From Methanothrix sp. (lineage in GTDB: Archaea > Halobacteriota > Methanosarcinia > Methanotrichales > Methanotrichaceae): DNA of 64,000 bases. The notes beneath the pieces are model-generated. The model made no database searches. It saw only the letters and a program-made list of their open reading frames with translations, and was not told the DNA's origin. The translations under genes were made by a program, and so were the position numbers. The stretch's first letter is position 1; every line of letters begins with the position of its first letter. This document shows positions 30,961-40,692 of this stretch, in pieces. The stretch is taken from positions 2,176,001 through 2,240,000 of the forward strand of contig OY821645.1 in the NCBI GenBank assembly GCA_963682135.1. Direction: 5' to 3'.

Positions 30961-31806
30961 ATGTTGGTCGCAATCACCTATCACGAGGATTTCGGAAAGC
31001 GGGGATTTAGCGTATTAAAAGAGAGAATCCAGCCGTCATTCGAGAAGCTCATGCAGTCGGGTCTGGTGGAGGGCGTTGATGTGCAGGTTTTCAAGGCAAG
31101 ACAGGCTCCACTAGAGCTGGTAGCTGCGGCCCACACCGCAGCCCACATGGCCAATATGGAGAGTGATCCATACAGAGAGGTGGCAATTCTCTCCGCAGGC
31201 AGCGTAATGATGGCGGCTGAGATGGTGGCCGAGGGCATAGCCCGCAGGGCATTTGCCTATACCGGGACAGCCGGACACCATGCCTCACGGGGCAGTTGCT
31301 GGGGCTTCTGCTACTTCAACGATGTGGCTATCACCATTCTGCGTCTGCGGCAGATGGGGCTGCAGCGCTTCCTTATCGTAGATGTTGATCCACATTTTGG
31401 GGATGGCACACGCGACTTTTTCAAAGACGATGCCGACGTATTTCATATTAACATGCACAGCGGCACCGGTGAGGAGCATGATCCCGTAAAAAACAATTAC
31501 GACATCGGCCTCACATTTGGTGGCAACAATGAGAGGTTCCTGGCAGCTCTGCACAGCGCCCTGGAATTGACCAAGGATTTTGACTATCAGATGGCTTTTG
31601 TCATCTTCGGCCATGACTCCCATCAGGATGATTATGGTGGTTTTAATCTCACCTTCGAAGCCTATCCCAGGATGACGCAATTAATAATGGACGCAGTGGG
31701 CGATAGGGGACTGGTCTTTGTGCTCAGTGGCGGCTCGTGTGTGCATGTGGCGGAAAAAGTAATTCCGGATGTTATTCGAGTCTTAGCGGGAAGGTGGCCG
31801 TCTTGA
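30961..31806 (+). CDS. Histone deacetylase family protein
   Basis: GHHA, GFCYFND, DVDPHFGDGT, GHD, SGG. Confidence 0.9.
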   Translation: MLVAITYHEDFGKRGFSVLKERIQPSFEKLMQSGLVEGVDVQVFKARQAPLELVAAAHTAAHMANMESDPYREVAILSAGSVMMAAEMVAEGIARRAFAYTGTAGHHASRGSCWGFCYFNDVAITILRLRQMGLQRFLIVDVDPHFGDGTRDFFKDDADVFHINMHSGTGEEHDPVKNNYDIGLTFGGNNERFLAALHSALELTKDFDYQMAFVIFGHDSHQDDYGGFNLTFEAYPRMTQLIMDAVGDRGLVFVLSGGSCVHVAEKVIPDVIRVLAGRWPS

Positions 31807-32666
31807 GGATGGCCTCCAACTGTTATCCCTGTATCCTGGACCGGGCCAAGTTCGAGTGCGATCTCGTCTTTTCCAGTGAAGAGGATAAGAAGGCGGCCAT
31901 GGAGGAGCTGCTGGATTACTTGGCTGGCCACAAGAATGGAGTGTCTGCATTGGTGGGAACGCAGAGAGAGAATATCATCAAGAGGCGCAGCGGAAATCCA
32001 GACCCATATAAAAGCTTTAAAGAGGCGAGCAACCATGTGGCTCTGGCTCTTCTGCCCATGGCTGAGGAATTCTACGAAAGCGCAGAGGATAAGATTGAGG
32101 CATTAATTCGCATTGCAGCGGCCGCCAATTCCATGGAGTTTGGAGTCAAGGGCCACGATTTCGATAATAGTACCTTTGCCGGAGTATTTCTAAAAACGCT
32201 TTCTGAAAAGCTATATGGCGATATTAGCGAGGTTAAGAGACGTCTATGTGGCTTTAGCAATATCTTTTATCTCACGGATAATTGCGGTGAAGCTGTATTT
32301 GATCTCTTCGTAATCGACAAGCTTCGGAAAATGGGAAAACAGGTGGTAGTGGGATCGAAGTCTGAGCCGGTTCTCAATGATGTCACCAAGAGTGAACTCT
32401 CAGCCATGACCCGCATGCAGATCAATGTCATTGCGACCGGAAATGTGGTGGGAACAGCCCGGGAGCACCTGGAGCCCGAGGCTCGCGCCCTATTGTTTGA
32501 TCCAAGCTGGCTGATACTGTCCAAAGGCATGGGAAACTTCGAGACCATGTCAGAGTACGATGAAATGCTGACAGGGAGGCTCATCTACCTCATGAGAGCC
32601 AAATGTGAGCCTGTTGCCATGGTTATTGGTGTGCCCAAAGGAACTCTGGTGGCAAAATCGATTTAA
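31803..32666 (+). CDS. ARMT1/DUF89 damage-control phosphatase
   Basis: CYPC, DPY..K, DNCGE..FD, NDVT, SKGMGNFET, AKC. Confidence 0.9.
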   Translation: MRMASNCYPCILDRAKFECDLVFSSEEDKKAAMEELLDYLAGHKNGVSALVGTQRENIIKRRSGNPDPYKSFKEASNHVALALLPMAEEFYESAEDKIEALIRIAAAANSMEFGVKGHDFDNSTFAGVFLKTLSEKLYGDISEVKRRLCGFSNIFYLTDNCGEAVFDLFVIDKLRKMGKQVVVGSKSEPVLNDVTKSELSAMTRMQINVIATGNVVGTAREHLEPEARALLFDPSWLILSKGMGNFETMSEYDEMLTGRLIYLMRAKCEPVAMVIGVPKGTLVAKSI

Positions 32667-32701
32667 CACATGGGATGATGAATCATAGACATCATATTTT
32701 T

Positions 32702-33364
32702 TCACCGGTAGTTCATATCTACCTCACAAGCTGCCACAACTTCCGGCTCCTCTATGACAGGCTCCAGGAGAGTTATGTCAATGTCGAGGTGAAGAAGCTC
32801 ATTTATTGCACAAAGCAGGTTATTTGCCGCCCGGAGGTCCACGGGGTCGGCTCCAGAGCTTGTCGCCAGCAAGCAGAAACCGCGCAGATCATATAGAGGC
32901 GCCATCCCAGCCAGAAGGCCGTTCAATCCGCCGACAGCACCGCTTCGCAGCAAGGGGATTTTGCACTCACAAAGAGCCGCAGCTGAATCAACGTCCGTTG
33001 CAGTGCCCAGGACGGTTTCGTTCGTCTCTCCTACATATGCCGCCAGGGTGATAACATCCGTGACACCCTGCTTCTTAATGGCCTGCAGTATATTTCCTGC
33101 CAGCTCATGCATGCCCACTACATCCAGGGGCTGGGCATCACCGGAGAGGATGAGAATGTTCTCTTTTTCCTTGGTGCGCATCAACTGAGCATGCATCAAC
33201 TTCGCCAATCCTCCAGAGACCATTACTTGGGGAGGAAAGCTGCGCGAAAAAAAGGGTATTATGGTACTGCATTCCAGGGCAGTAGCCAGGTAATCGGTTG
33301 CCACTTTGCCGACACTTCCAATTCCCGGAAGACCACAAATGCAGATAAAGCGAGACTCAAACAT
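32702..33364 (-). CDS. PAC2-family proteasome assembly chaperone
   Basis: GLPGIGSVGK, FPPQV, GDAQP, GLNGLL. Confidence 0.88.
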   Translation of the reverse strand: MFESRFICICGLPGIGSVGKVATDYLATALECSTIIPFFSRSFPPQVMVSGGLAKLMHAQLMRTKEKENILILSGDAQPLDVVGMHELAGNILQAIKKQGVTDVITLAAYVGETNETVLGTATDVDSAAALCECKIPLLRSGAVGGLNGLLAGMAPLYDLRGFCLLATSSGADPVDLRAANNLLCAINELLHLDIDITLLEPVIEEPEVVAACEVDMNYR

Positions 33365-33443
33365 CGAAATATTGTTGGCGTGCAGCTATAACATACTTTC
33401 GCCAACCCAATATTCCGATATTATATTAGTGAGAAGATGCTTC

Positions 33444-34046
33444 TTATCTTCCTACTGCCTCCATCAGCCAGTTGATCTTAACGGTCTCATTAGTTTCCGA
33501 GTTAGGAAACTCCGCCGGCTGCATCTGTCCGTTCATGAACAGGTAGGATTTTCCAGTAGCATCGGTAGTCTCCGTACCGATGGGAGCGGCCCCACGATCA
33601 TAGTAGACTACATAAAAGTCTCCTGTTACCGCTACTCCCGGTATCTCTATCTCCCCGAATCTCGGCCCGACGTCAGAGAGGAAATAGTTGTTCTGGGCGT
33701 CAGCAAATTTATAGAGAAGATTAAGATCCTTGTCTCTTATCTCAACCATTATATTTCTGTCCGCAGGGTACGATTGTGTGGACTGATTGTACCCGCTCCA
33801 ACCCAAAACCCGCACCGTTTGCAGCTTCCAGCCGGCTTTGGGGGCAGTGAATTTTACAGCTTCTCCGACATCCAGAGAGCCAAATTCAACCAATGAAGAG
33901 AATAATGTAAAGTTAATCTCCGAATAATTCTTTTCGCTATCTCCTCTCAGTGTTGTCAATTGTGGTGTTGCGGCCTGTGCAGCGATAGCATTTATGCATA
34001 GGGCGGCGCAACATAAACAAGCAAGCAATAAGATAGTATTCTTCAT
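33444..34046 (-). CDS. Secreted hypothetical protein (paralog of 34159..34788)
   Basis: Signal peptide; EAVKFTAPK.GWKL, RDKDLNLLY.FAD.Q shared with neighbour. Confidence 0.8.
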   Translation of the reverse strand: MKNTILLLACLCCAALCINAIAAQAATPQLTTLRGDSEKNYSEINFTLFSSLVEFGSLDVGEAVKFTAPKAGWKLQTVRVLGWSGYNQSTQSYPADRNIMVEIRDKDLNLLYKFADAQNNYFLSDVGPRFGEIEIPGVAVTGDFYVVYYDRGAAPIGTETTDATGKSYLFMNGQMQPAEFPNSETNETVKINWLMEAVGR

Positions 34047-34158
34047 TAGATCACCCAAGATCTATCAAATGATTTTTATCCATATAAAGATTCTGATATG
34101 TGCCGTCTCCGATTTCATGATTTGAATAAATTTCGAGACATCTGAAAAAAGAAAATAC

Positions 34159-34788
34159 TTAATTACCACCGATAGTCATTATCCAATTTAGCGGCACAGA
34201 TTCATTCTCCCGGAATAGAGGGAGATTTGAAGGCAACAATGTATTTCCGTCTTCAATGTAGATGAACGAGTTCTGGCTGGTCTTATTGAGAATTTCACTG
34301 GCGACGGCAATTGCTCCCCGGTCAAAGAAGCATACATAAAATTCGTCGCTTACCGGTATTGATGGCAGACGTATGGTAAATGGATATGTCTCTGTGGCAT
34401 TACGCACAAAGTTGGAGTACGGGAGTTGGGAGTCAGCAAATCTATATAGCAGATTTAAATCCTTGTCCCTAACTTCGAGGGCAATCATCCGTTCCCTGGG
34501 AATAGACTGCGTACTGCCGTTAAAGCCGTCCCATCCCAATATTTGCACGGTATTCAGCTTCCAATTGGGTTTTGGGGCAGTGAATTTAACTGCTTCCGCA
34601 ATAAAGTAAGCAGGAAGGCCCATGATCGATAGTAGGTCAATGGAGACTATTTTCTTCTGGGAGAGATTTCCCTCATAAGAATTCAAGAGCTGATTCTCGG
34701 GTGATTTTGCATCAGCGGCAGCTGATATGCCGGTCAAAGATAGAACCATTAAGCATAATACAGTAATTAATAAGACCATCTTCTTCAA
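34159..34788 (-). CDS. Secreted hypothetical protein (paralog of 33444..34046)
   Basis: Signal peptide; same shared motifs. Confidence 0.8.
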   Translation of the reverse strand: MKKMVLLITVLCLMVLSLTGISAAADAKSPENQLLNSYEGNLSQKKIVSIDLLSIMGLPAYFIAEAVKFTAPKPNWKLNTVQILGWDGFNGSTQSIPRERMIALEVRDKDLNLLYRFADSQLPYSNFVRNATETYPFTIRLPSIPVSDEFYVCFFDRGAIAVASEILNKTSQNSFIYIEDGNTLLPSNLPLFRENESVPLNWIMTIGGN

Positions 34789-34854
34789 ACGATCACCTGA
34801 AGAATAACAAATGATTTAGCCCATATAAAGATTCTGTGTGTGCAGACAATCAAT

Positions 34855-35235
34855 TCAGGTAAAGCACCTCTCCAGGTACGCCGCCAGATCCTCGATGCTC
34901 TCCATCCTCTCATCGATGGGCCTGCTTTCCCCGGTGCGCTCGTAAACAACCTCCCAGGTGCAATAGTCTCGCAGCCGCATAACCGGCTCACCGCCGGGCG
35001 TTGCGGCCAGATCGGTCTCAAAGCGCATCCAACGGTCGCCTTCCCGCTCCACATCGAAATTGGCGCAGGCCCCGCAGGTGCCGCCGTAATAGATATCGTC
35101 CACCACATCAATGTAAAGCCTTACCCAGGAGACGCATTTGGAGTAGCGATAGACTCCATCGGTTATGCAATCGGGACCATCCCACCCAGCTAGTGGTATC
35201 ATTATAAGCTGATTTGCGGGGCTTGATTTATGCAC
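34855..35235 (-). CDS. Hypothetical protein
   Basis: 126-aa ORF with CGAC motif, divergent from ku. Start uncertain. Confidence 0.45.
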   Translation of the reverse strand: MHKSSPANQLIMIPLAGWDGPDCITDGVYRYSKCVSWVRLYIDVVDDIYYGGTCGACANFDVEREGDRWMRFETDLAATPGGEPVMRLRDYCTWEVVYERTGESRPIDERMESIEDLAAYLERCFT

Positions 35236-35331
35236 CTTGCGCTAAAAAGCTATCATGTGATTTATCGCCTCATGAGTCAGTGGACGGATCGATCCAAAAA
35301 TTCTTCTAGATTCCCAGCAGAATACACTTTC

Positions 35332-36180
35332 ATGCCCGAGGTTGTGCAGCTTGTCGATGAAAAACCGGAAAAGACGCCCGATGGGACAACAGCAAAGGCC
35401 TCTTCCGCCGCCGCTCCCCCCAGGACCACCTGGTCCGGTAGCCTGAGAATCGGCCTGGTGAATATTCCAGTCAAGGCCATGCTCATGACCAAAGATGTGC
35501 GCATCAGCTTTCGCATGCTGCATCGCAGTTGCCGGACGGCCATCTCTAACAAGCGCTTCTGTCAGGAGGGCGAGGAGGTCACACTGGCCGATATCGTCTA
35601 CGGCTATCCTCTGGGCAATAACAGGTATGCGGTACTGGAAAAAAAAGAGATTGAAGCTGCCAAGCCCGAATCGAAGAACACCATAGCTCTTGATCGTTTT
35701 GTGAACTTCTTCGAGGTCGATCCCCACTACTTCGAAAAGACCTATCTCCTCTTGCCGGATAGATCCGAAGAAGCCTACTCGCTCTTGAGAGCAGTCATGG
35801 AGAAGACGGCCAAAGCGGCCATCGGCAGAATTACCCTCTACTCGCGAGAGAGACCGGTCCTGGTCCACTACTACCGGCAGGCGGTGGTGGCCACCACCAT
35901 GAGGTACCCTGAGGAGGTCTTGGACCCGCAAGACTATCAAGCCATCCGGGATCTTCCAGAGCCACAGGAAAAGGAGTTGGAACTGGCCATGCAGATCATA
36001 AAAAGCCTGAGCGGAGAATTGGACCTTTCTGCCTACCACGACCAGTACAAAGAAAGGATCGAAGCCCTGGTCAGGTCAAAGATAGAAGGGGCTGTGGCCG
36101 TCCCGGAGAAGAAGAAGGCAAAGACATCAGCCAAGAGTCTCATGGAAGCCCTGCGCCTGACCGCGCAGTCGCTGAAATGA
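35332..36180 (+). CDS. ku: Ku protein (prokaryotic NHEJ end-binding)
   Basis: RTTWSGSLRIGLVNIPVK, YFEKTYLL.PD, TMRYPEEV, Y.D.Y, LMEALR. Confidence 0.95.
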   Translation: MPEVVQLVDEKPEKTPDGTTAKASSAAAPPRTTWSGSLRIGLVNIPVKAMLMTKDVRISFRMLHRSCRTAISNKRFCQEGEEVTLADIVYGYPLGNNRYAVLEKKEIEAAKPESKNTIALDRFVNFFEVDPHYFEKTYLLLPDRSEEAYSLLRAVMEKTAKAAIGRITLYSRERPVLVHYYRQAVVATTMRYPEEVLDPQDYQAIRDLPEPQEKELELAMQIIKSLSGELDLSAYHDQYKERIEALVRSKIEGAVAVPEKKKAKTSAKSLMEALRLTAQSLK

Positions 36181-36200
36181 TGTAAATAATTGGAGATGAA

Positions 36201-37139
36201 ATGCATCCGGTAAAGCCCATGCTGGCTGTGTCCGGCCAGCCTTTTAACTCGGCAGAATGGATCTTTGAGCCCAAGATCGACGGGACTCGCTGTTTGGCAG
36301 AAGTATCCGAAAGAGGATTGCTCCTCTACAACCGCAGGCTGCTAGATATCGCCTATCGCTATCCAGAGGTAACAGATGCTCTGGCCCAGGCGGCATCAGG
36401 CTGCATGCTGGATGGAGAGATCACCGTCTTTGCGGATAACAGGCCAAGCTTTGCCGCTCTTGCCAGGCGCGACCACCAAAGCGAGAGGATGCGCATAGAA
36501 TACCTTGCTCGCGATCTTCCGGCCAGTTACGTTGTCTTTGATATCCTTTACGCGAAAGAGAGTTGCGTTATGAACCTGCCGCTCCGGCAGCGAAAGAGAA
36601 TCCTGCATGAAGTGCTGCAAGAGAACGAAACGGTAATCATCGTTGACTCATTTCCAGAAAAGGGCGAAGACTATTTTCAAGCGGCTCTCAAGATGGGAAT
36701 CGAGGGAGTAGTAGCCAAGAGACTGAACTCCATCTATCTGCCTGGCGCAAGAAGTCCGGACTGGATAAAGATCAAGAAGAGCTTCAAGCTGGACCTGGTG
36801 ATAGGAGGCTATATTCCTGGAAAGGGAGGACGCGCCCCTTACTTTGGCGGCCTTCTTCTGGGGGCATACAGCCACGGCCAGCTGCATTACGTTGGTAGGG
36901 TTGGATCAGGATTTACCGACAGAGAGCTGGAGGAGATTGCCGCGGACTTTTCGCTCCTGGACCATTCTCCTTTCAGCAATGCACCGCCTACCCCAGAGGT
37001 AAGATGGGTCAAACCCAACCAGGTGGTGCAGGTCTCTGCCCTGGAGGTCACACAAGACGGCCACCTTCGTGCCCCGGTATTCCTGCGCACCAGAGACGAC
37101 AAAGAACCACTGGAGTGCACTCTTGATCAGCTAAATTGA
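36201..37139 (+). CDS. ligD: ATP-dependent DNA ligase (LigD ligase domain only)
   Basis: EPKIDGTR, LDGEI, FDIL, EGVVAK, Y.PG.RS.DWIKIK, VG.VGSGF, LRAPVF...R.DK. Confidence 0.93.
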   Translation: MHPVKPMLAVSGQPFNSAEWIFEPKIDGTRCLAEVSERGLLLYNRRLLDIAYRYPEVTDALAQAASGCMLDGEITVFADNRPSFAALARRDHQSERMRIEYLARDLPASYVVFDILYAKESCVMNLPLRQRKRILHEVLQENETVIIVDSFPEKGEDYFQAALKMGIEGVVAKRLNSIYLPGARSPDWIKIKKSFKLDLVIGGYIPGKGGRAPYFGGLLLGAYSHGQLHYVGRVGSGFTDRELEEIAADFSLLDHSPFSNAPPTPEVRWVKPNQVVQVSALEVTQDGHLRAPVFLRTRDDKEPLECTLDQLN

Positions 37140-37195
37140 TTGCAAAAAAAACTGAGGGCGGACTGCAGCCGGCCCCATGAGTCTGCGCTGCAATC

Positions 37196-37615
37196 TTACG
37201 CCATCACCTGCTCCTTGAGAATATAGCGGATCAGGTCTTCAGATAGCTTGGTCTCCCTCTGCAGCTTCTTTACAGTCTCATCGATGCTGTTGCCCTCTGC
37301 CATGAGGCTCGATATCCTACCCACAATCTTCTCGCCAACGGCATAATACTCATCAATGTCCTTTCTGTGTCCCCAAACATCTCCCCGCAAGAGCTGCACA
37401 CCCTGGATCTCCAGGAATTGCTGGGCCGCCTTGGACATGGTCTCATGGTAGGATGGCGGAATCTGCACAGCTCGCAGACGTGGGCAGGACTGAACCAGGT
37501 TCATTACATCCATATTTGAGGCTCGGAAAGCCAGATGGACAAGCTGCTCGTTCCTGTTTAGATCGGTGATCTCCTTCTTAGAACTAACTACCCTCAGTTT
37601 CATGCTACTTACCAA
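37196..37615 (-). CDS. DUF1699 family protein
   Basis: RVVSSK.EI..L..NE..VHLAFR, GDVWGHRKDI.EYY. Confidence 0.88.
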   Translation of the reverse strand: MVSSMKLRVVSSKKEITDLNRNEQLVHLAFRASNMDVMNLVQSCPRLRAVQIPPSYHETMSKAAQQFLEIQGVQLLRGDVWGHRKDIDEYYAVGEKIVGRISSLMAEGNSIDETVKKLQRETKLSEDLIRYILKEQVMA

Positions 37616-37809
37616 TGCTCTTAAAATATTTATAGATAATGGTAATCATAGTAATCCTTAATTAGATATACTGAGATCAGTAACTGAATATGTAAAATAT
37701 TTATGCATAAGCGCTAATGTCCGGAGATATTTCCTGAGTTATGTCAATGATTTGAATATGTTTATTGGATACGTCGGTTTTTATATTATGACAGCTAGCC
37801 CTTGATCAG

Positions 37810-38790
37810 TTAGCGATGATGATCCTCTCGAAAAGATCTTACCGCTGCCGCGCAGTTGGCCAACAGCTTGCCGGCCAGCTCCTGACTGGGCCAGGAGCCC
37901 AGGCCGCAGTCAGGCCCTGTAGCCCTCAGCCGATCTCCAAATTGAGCATGGGCTCGCTCCAGTCTCTTCCTCATGACCTGAGGGGATTCCCTTTCCAGGA
38001 TCTCCCTCTCCAGCCTTGGCATATCCTGCCAGAGATTGACGCCCAACTGTTCATTCAAGAGAGCGGACAATGACAGAATATCGGTTCGTGCAATCCCCGC
38101 GCGAAGATAACTATCCGTCTCCTCCAGTACCTTCTTGTCGATCAACTGCAGATAGTCGGGATGCGACGCAGATTCAATGCCCACGATACTGATGCCCGGA
38201 ACCTGAGCACAGACCTCGGCATAGAGAGGCGAATGCAGATGGACTTCGCAGTCCATTCCCTGGCATGGACTGCTGGCAATCTGCAGGGCATCAAGTATCT
38301 CGTCTTCGGAAAAAATGATATTGGAATTCAATCCCAGGCTGGGCTCGTCCAGAGATGCCACGGACATCTTTCCCGCCTCCAACGAGGCGCAAAAGAACCT
38401 GGCCACGCTCTTTGCCAGGTTTTCAAGAATATCAGGATAATGCGTAGCTCCGAAGACAGAGATGTAAAGCTCCACCGGTCCGGTAACGCATACCCGCACG
38501 GCCTGGCCCGCCGGCACGGCTTCCAGCTCCATGATCCGGGCATGCTCTTTATTAATCAGATAAGGTTCCTGTGCATAATCCGGATTCTCGATACAATCCA
38601 TGAACATGCGGATCATATCCCGAAACTGAGGATAGGTGGGAACCTCTACACCGGCACGACTCTTTTGAGCTAGAACATCGCGCACAAGATTCAGATATTG
38701 ATCGCGAGACAAGCCCTTTGGCCTGACCCCTTTGGGCAGGGGAAAGCTGCCGATATCATCGAAGAATATGCCCTCAATTTGCCGCGACAT
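37810..38790 (-). CDS. Core (single-barrel) methionine synthase, methylcobalamin-dependent MesC-like
   Basis: DDIGSFP, YPQFRDM, VTGP, DEP, HLH, GPDCGLG. Confidence 0.8.
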   Translation of the reverse strand: MSRQIEGIFFDDIGSFPLPKGVRPKGLSRDQYLNLVRDVLAQKSRAGVEVPTYPQFRDMIRMFMDCIENPDYAQEPYLINKEHARIMELEAVPAGQAVRVCVTGPVELYISVFGATHYPDILENLAKSVARFFCASLEAGKMSVASLDEPSLGLNSNIIFSEDEILDALQIASSPCQGMDCEVHLHSPLYAEVCAQVPGISIVGIESASHPDYLQLIDKKVLEETDSYLRAGIARTDILSLSALLNEQLGVNLWQDMPRLEREILERESPQVMRKRLERAHAQFGDRLRATGPDCGLGSWPSQELAGKLLANCAAAVRSFREDHHR

Positions 38791-38806
38791 TCGTTAATCA
38801 CCTTTT

Positions 38807-40156
38807 CTAGAGAAAGCGCCTCAGGTACTCCTTCAAAGAGGCGTACTGTCCATCCATCATCTCAAAACTCTCTTCCAGCTCATCCAGCCGGGCCATGGCC
38901 GCTGGTAAAGGCGGATTTATGCCGGTGGCTCGCACGATCTCCTCCGGGAATTTAGCCGGGTCGGCTGTCTCCAGGGAAACGCATGGACTGAAATCGCCGC
39001 ACTCCTCCAGGTACTTCATGAGGCCAGCCCAGGCCACGGCCCCGTGCGGCTCCAGCAGGACGTGGTAGCGGCTGTATGCCTCCTTGATGGTCTGGCGAGT
39101 CTCTTCGTCCGTGATGGAAACGGCATAGATATCATTTCGCATGGCCGCCATATCCGGCTTCCTGCTCACCCGGCCCGTCTCATCCATCTGACCGCCGTAA
39201 AGGAAAAAGAGGCGGGCGAGGTTACTGGGGTGGCCTACGTTCATGGCATTGGAGATGCAGTTCTTGCTGGGCCGGATGGGCTCATAGATGCCTGTATCCA
39301 TAAAACTGGGAAACTCATCATTCTCATTGGTCGCCACCACGAACTTTTGCACGGGAAGGCCCATTTTCATGGCCAGGAGGCCACCCATGAGGTCTCCAAA
39401 GTTGCCACTGGGCACCGAGAAGACTATTTTCTCTCCCTGCGGCGCGGCGCGCGAGTGAGCATAGAAGTAATAGACTGCCTGGGGCAGCAATCTGCCGATA
39501 TTAATGGAATTGGCCGATGAGAGATTGAGTGCAGAGAGATCGGCATCGACAAAGGCCTGCTTGACCAGAGCCTGGCAGTCATCAAACTTGCCATGCACCG
39601 CCAGCGGAAAGATATTTTTGCCCAGTGTGGTCATCTGGCGACGCTGCCTTTCGGTTACCTCCTTCTCAGGGAATAATACTACTACCAATACATTATCCAG
39701 ACCATAGAAGGCATGAGCTACAGCCGAGCCCGTGTCTCCCGAGGTGGCGGTGAGGATGAGAATGCTTCTGCCTTCTAGGGCAAGGAAGTACTGGATCAAC
39801 CGGCCCATTGCCCTGGCAGCAAAATCTTTGAATGAGCAGGTGGGACCGCGATCCAGCCGCAAGACATATTTTTCGTCATAAACTCGCTCTATCGGAACAT
39901 CGTAATTGTAGGCGTTTTGCAGCATGGCCCGCAGGTCGGAGTCGGAGACCAAATCACCCAAATACGGCTTGATGACCTCGTAGGCGATTTGCGGATAACT
40001 CATCTTGGAGAATTGCCCTATTAGACTACTGGGAATTTGAGGTATCTCTTCCGGCATATAGAGCCCCTTGTCTGGGGCCTGGCCCATCAAGAGCGCTGCT
40101 CGAAAGTCCACGCGCTCGGTTTGGCCGTTGGTGCTGAAGAATTTGATGGCGGACAT
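38807..40156 (-). CDS. thrC: Threonine synthase
   Basis: GPT.SFKDF, ATSGDTG, NSINIGRL.PQ, VPSGNFG, TA.PAKF. Confidence 0.95.
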   Translation of the reverse strand: MSAIKFFSTNGQTERVDFRAALLMGQAPDKGLYMPEEIPQIPSSLIGQFSKMSYPQIAYEVIKPYLGDLVSDSDLRAMLQNAYNYDVPIERVYDEKYVLRLDRGPTCSFKDFAARAMGRLIQYFLALEGRSILILTATSGDTGSAVAHAFYGLDNVLVVVLFPEKEVTERQRRQMTTLGKNIFPLAVHGKFDDCQALVKQAFVDADLSALNLSSANSINIGRLLPQAVYYFYAHSRAAPQGEKIVFSVPSGNFGDLMGGLLAMKMGLPVQKFVVATNENDEFPSFMDTGIYEPIRPSKNCISNAMNVGHPSNLARLFFLYGGQMDETGRVSRKPDMAAMRNDIYAVSITDEETRQTIKEAYSRYHVLLEPHGAVAWAGLMKYLEECGDFSPCVSLETADPAKFPEEIVRATGINPPLPAAMARLDELEESFEMMDGQYASLKEYLRRFL

Positions 40157-40692
40157 GTGTATAAGAAATAAGGCAAAGCTGATCTTTAAGGCTTTTCCAT
40201 GCAAAGACCGAAATCCTTATATTCGATTATTGTCTAAAACAACCTCGTCTAATATCGAAATTATTAGACTGCAATGCAGATGCGGAAAATTCCCATTAAT
40301 CGGGAGGAAGACTTGCTTAGATTCGAAGCAGACTACTTGTTTGAAGATGCACCAAGCATCGGTACAGGCATAAGACCGGCGAATTGGGATCTGCCCCGGG
40401 GACCAGAGCCCGGACCGCAGTGGCCCAGAAAGAAAAGACCGCAAATCCTTTGAAGGCAAAATTGGGCAGGTTGGCGGCCTTCGCGGCCCCTGGCCCAAAG
40501 ACTATCCAGAAAGGCGAGTCTATTTCAGCCGCTTTTTTTCCAATTTTTCAATTATTATGGACCGTCGTTTTCATTGCAACAATTTCAGGCGGCGGTGAGG
40601 GAATATTTAAGTATTAGTTGTCAGGTAAGTTGGACACAAATGATGGTCGTATCGCCCCGATATAGTGATAAATATAACGAGGAGGAAATGAG

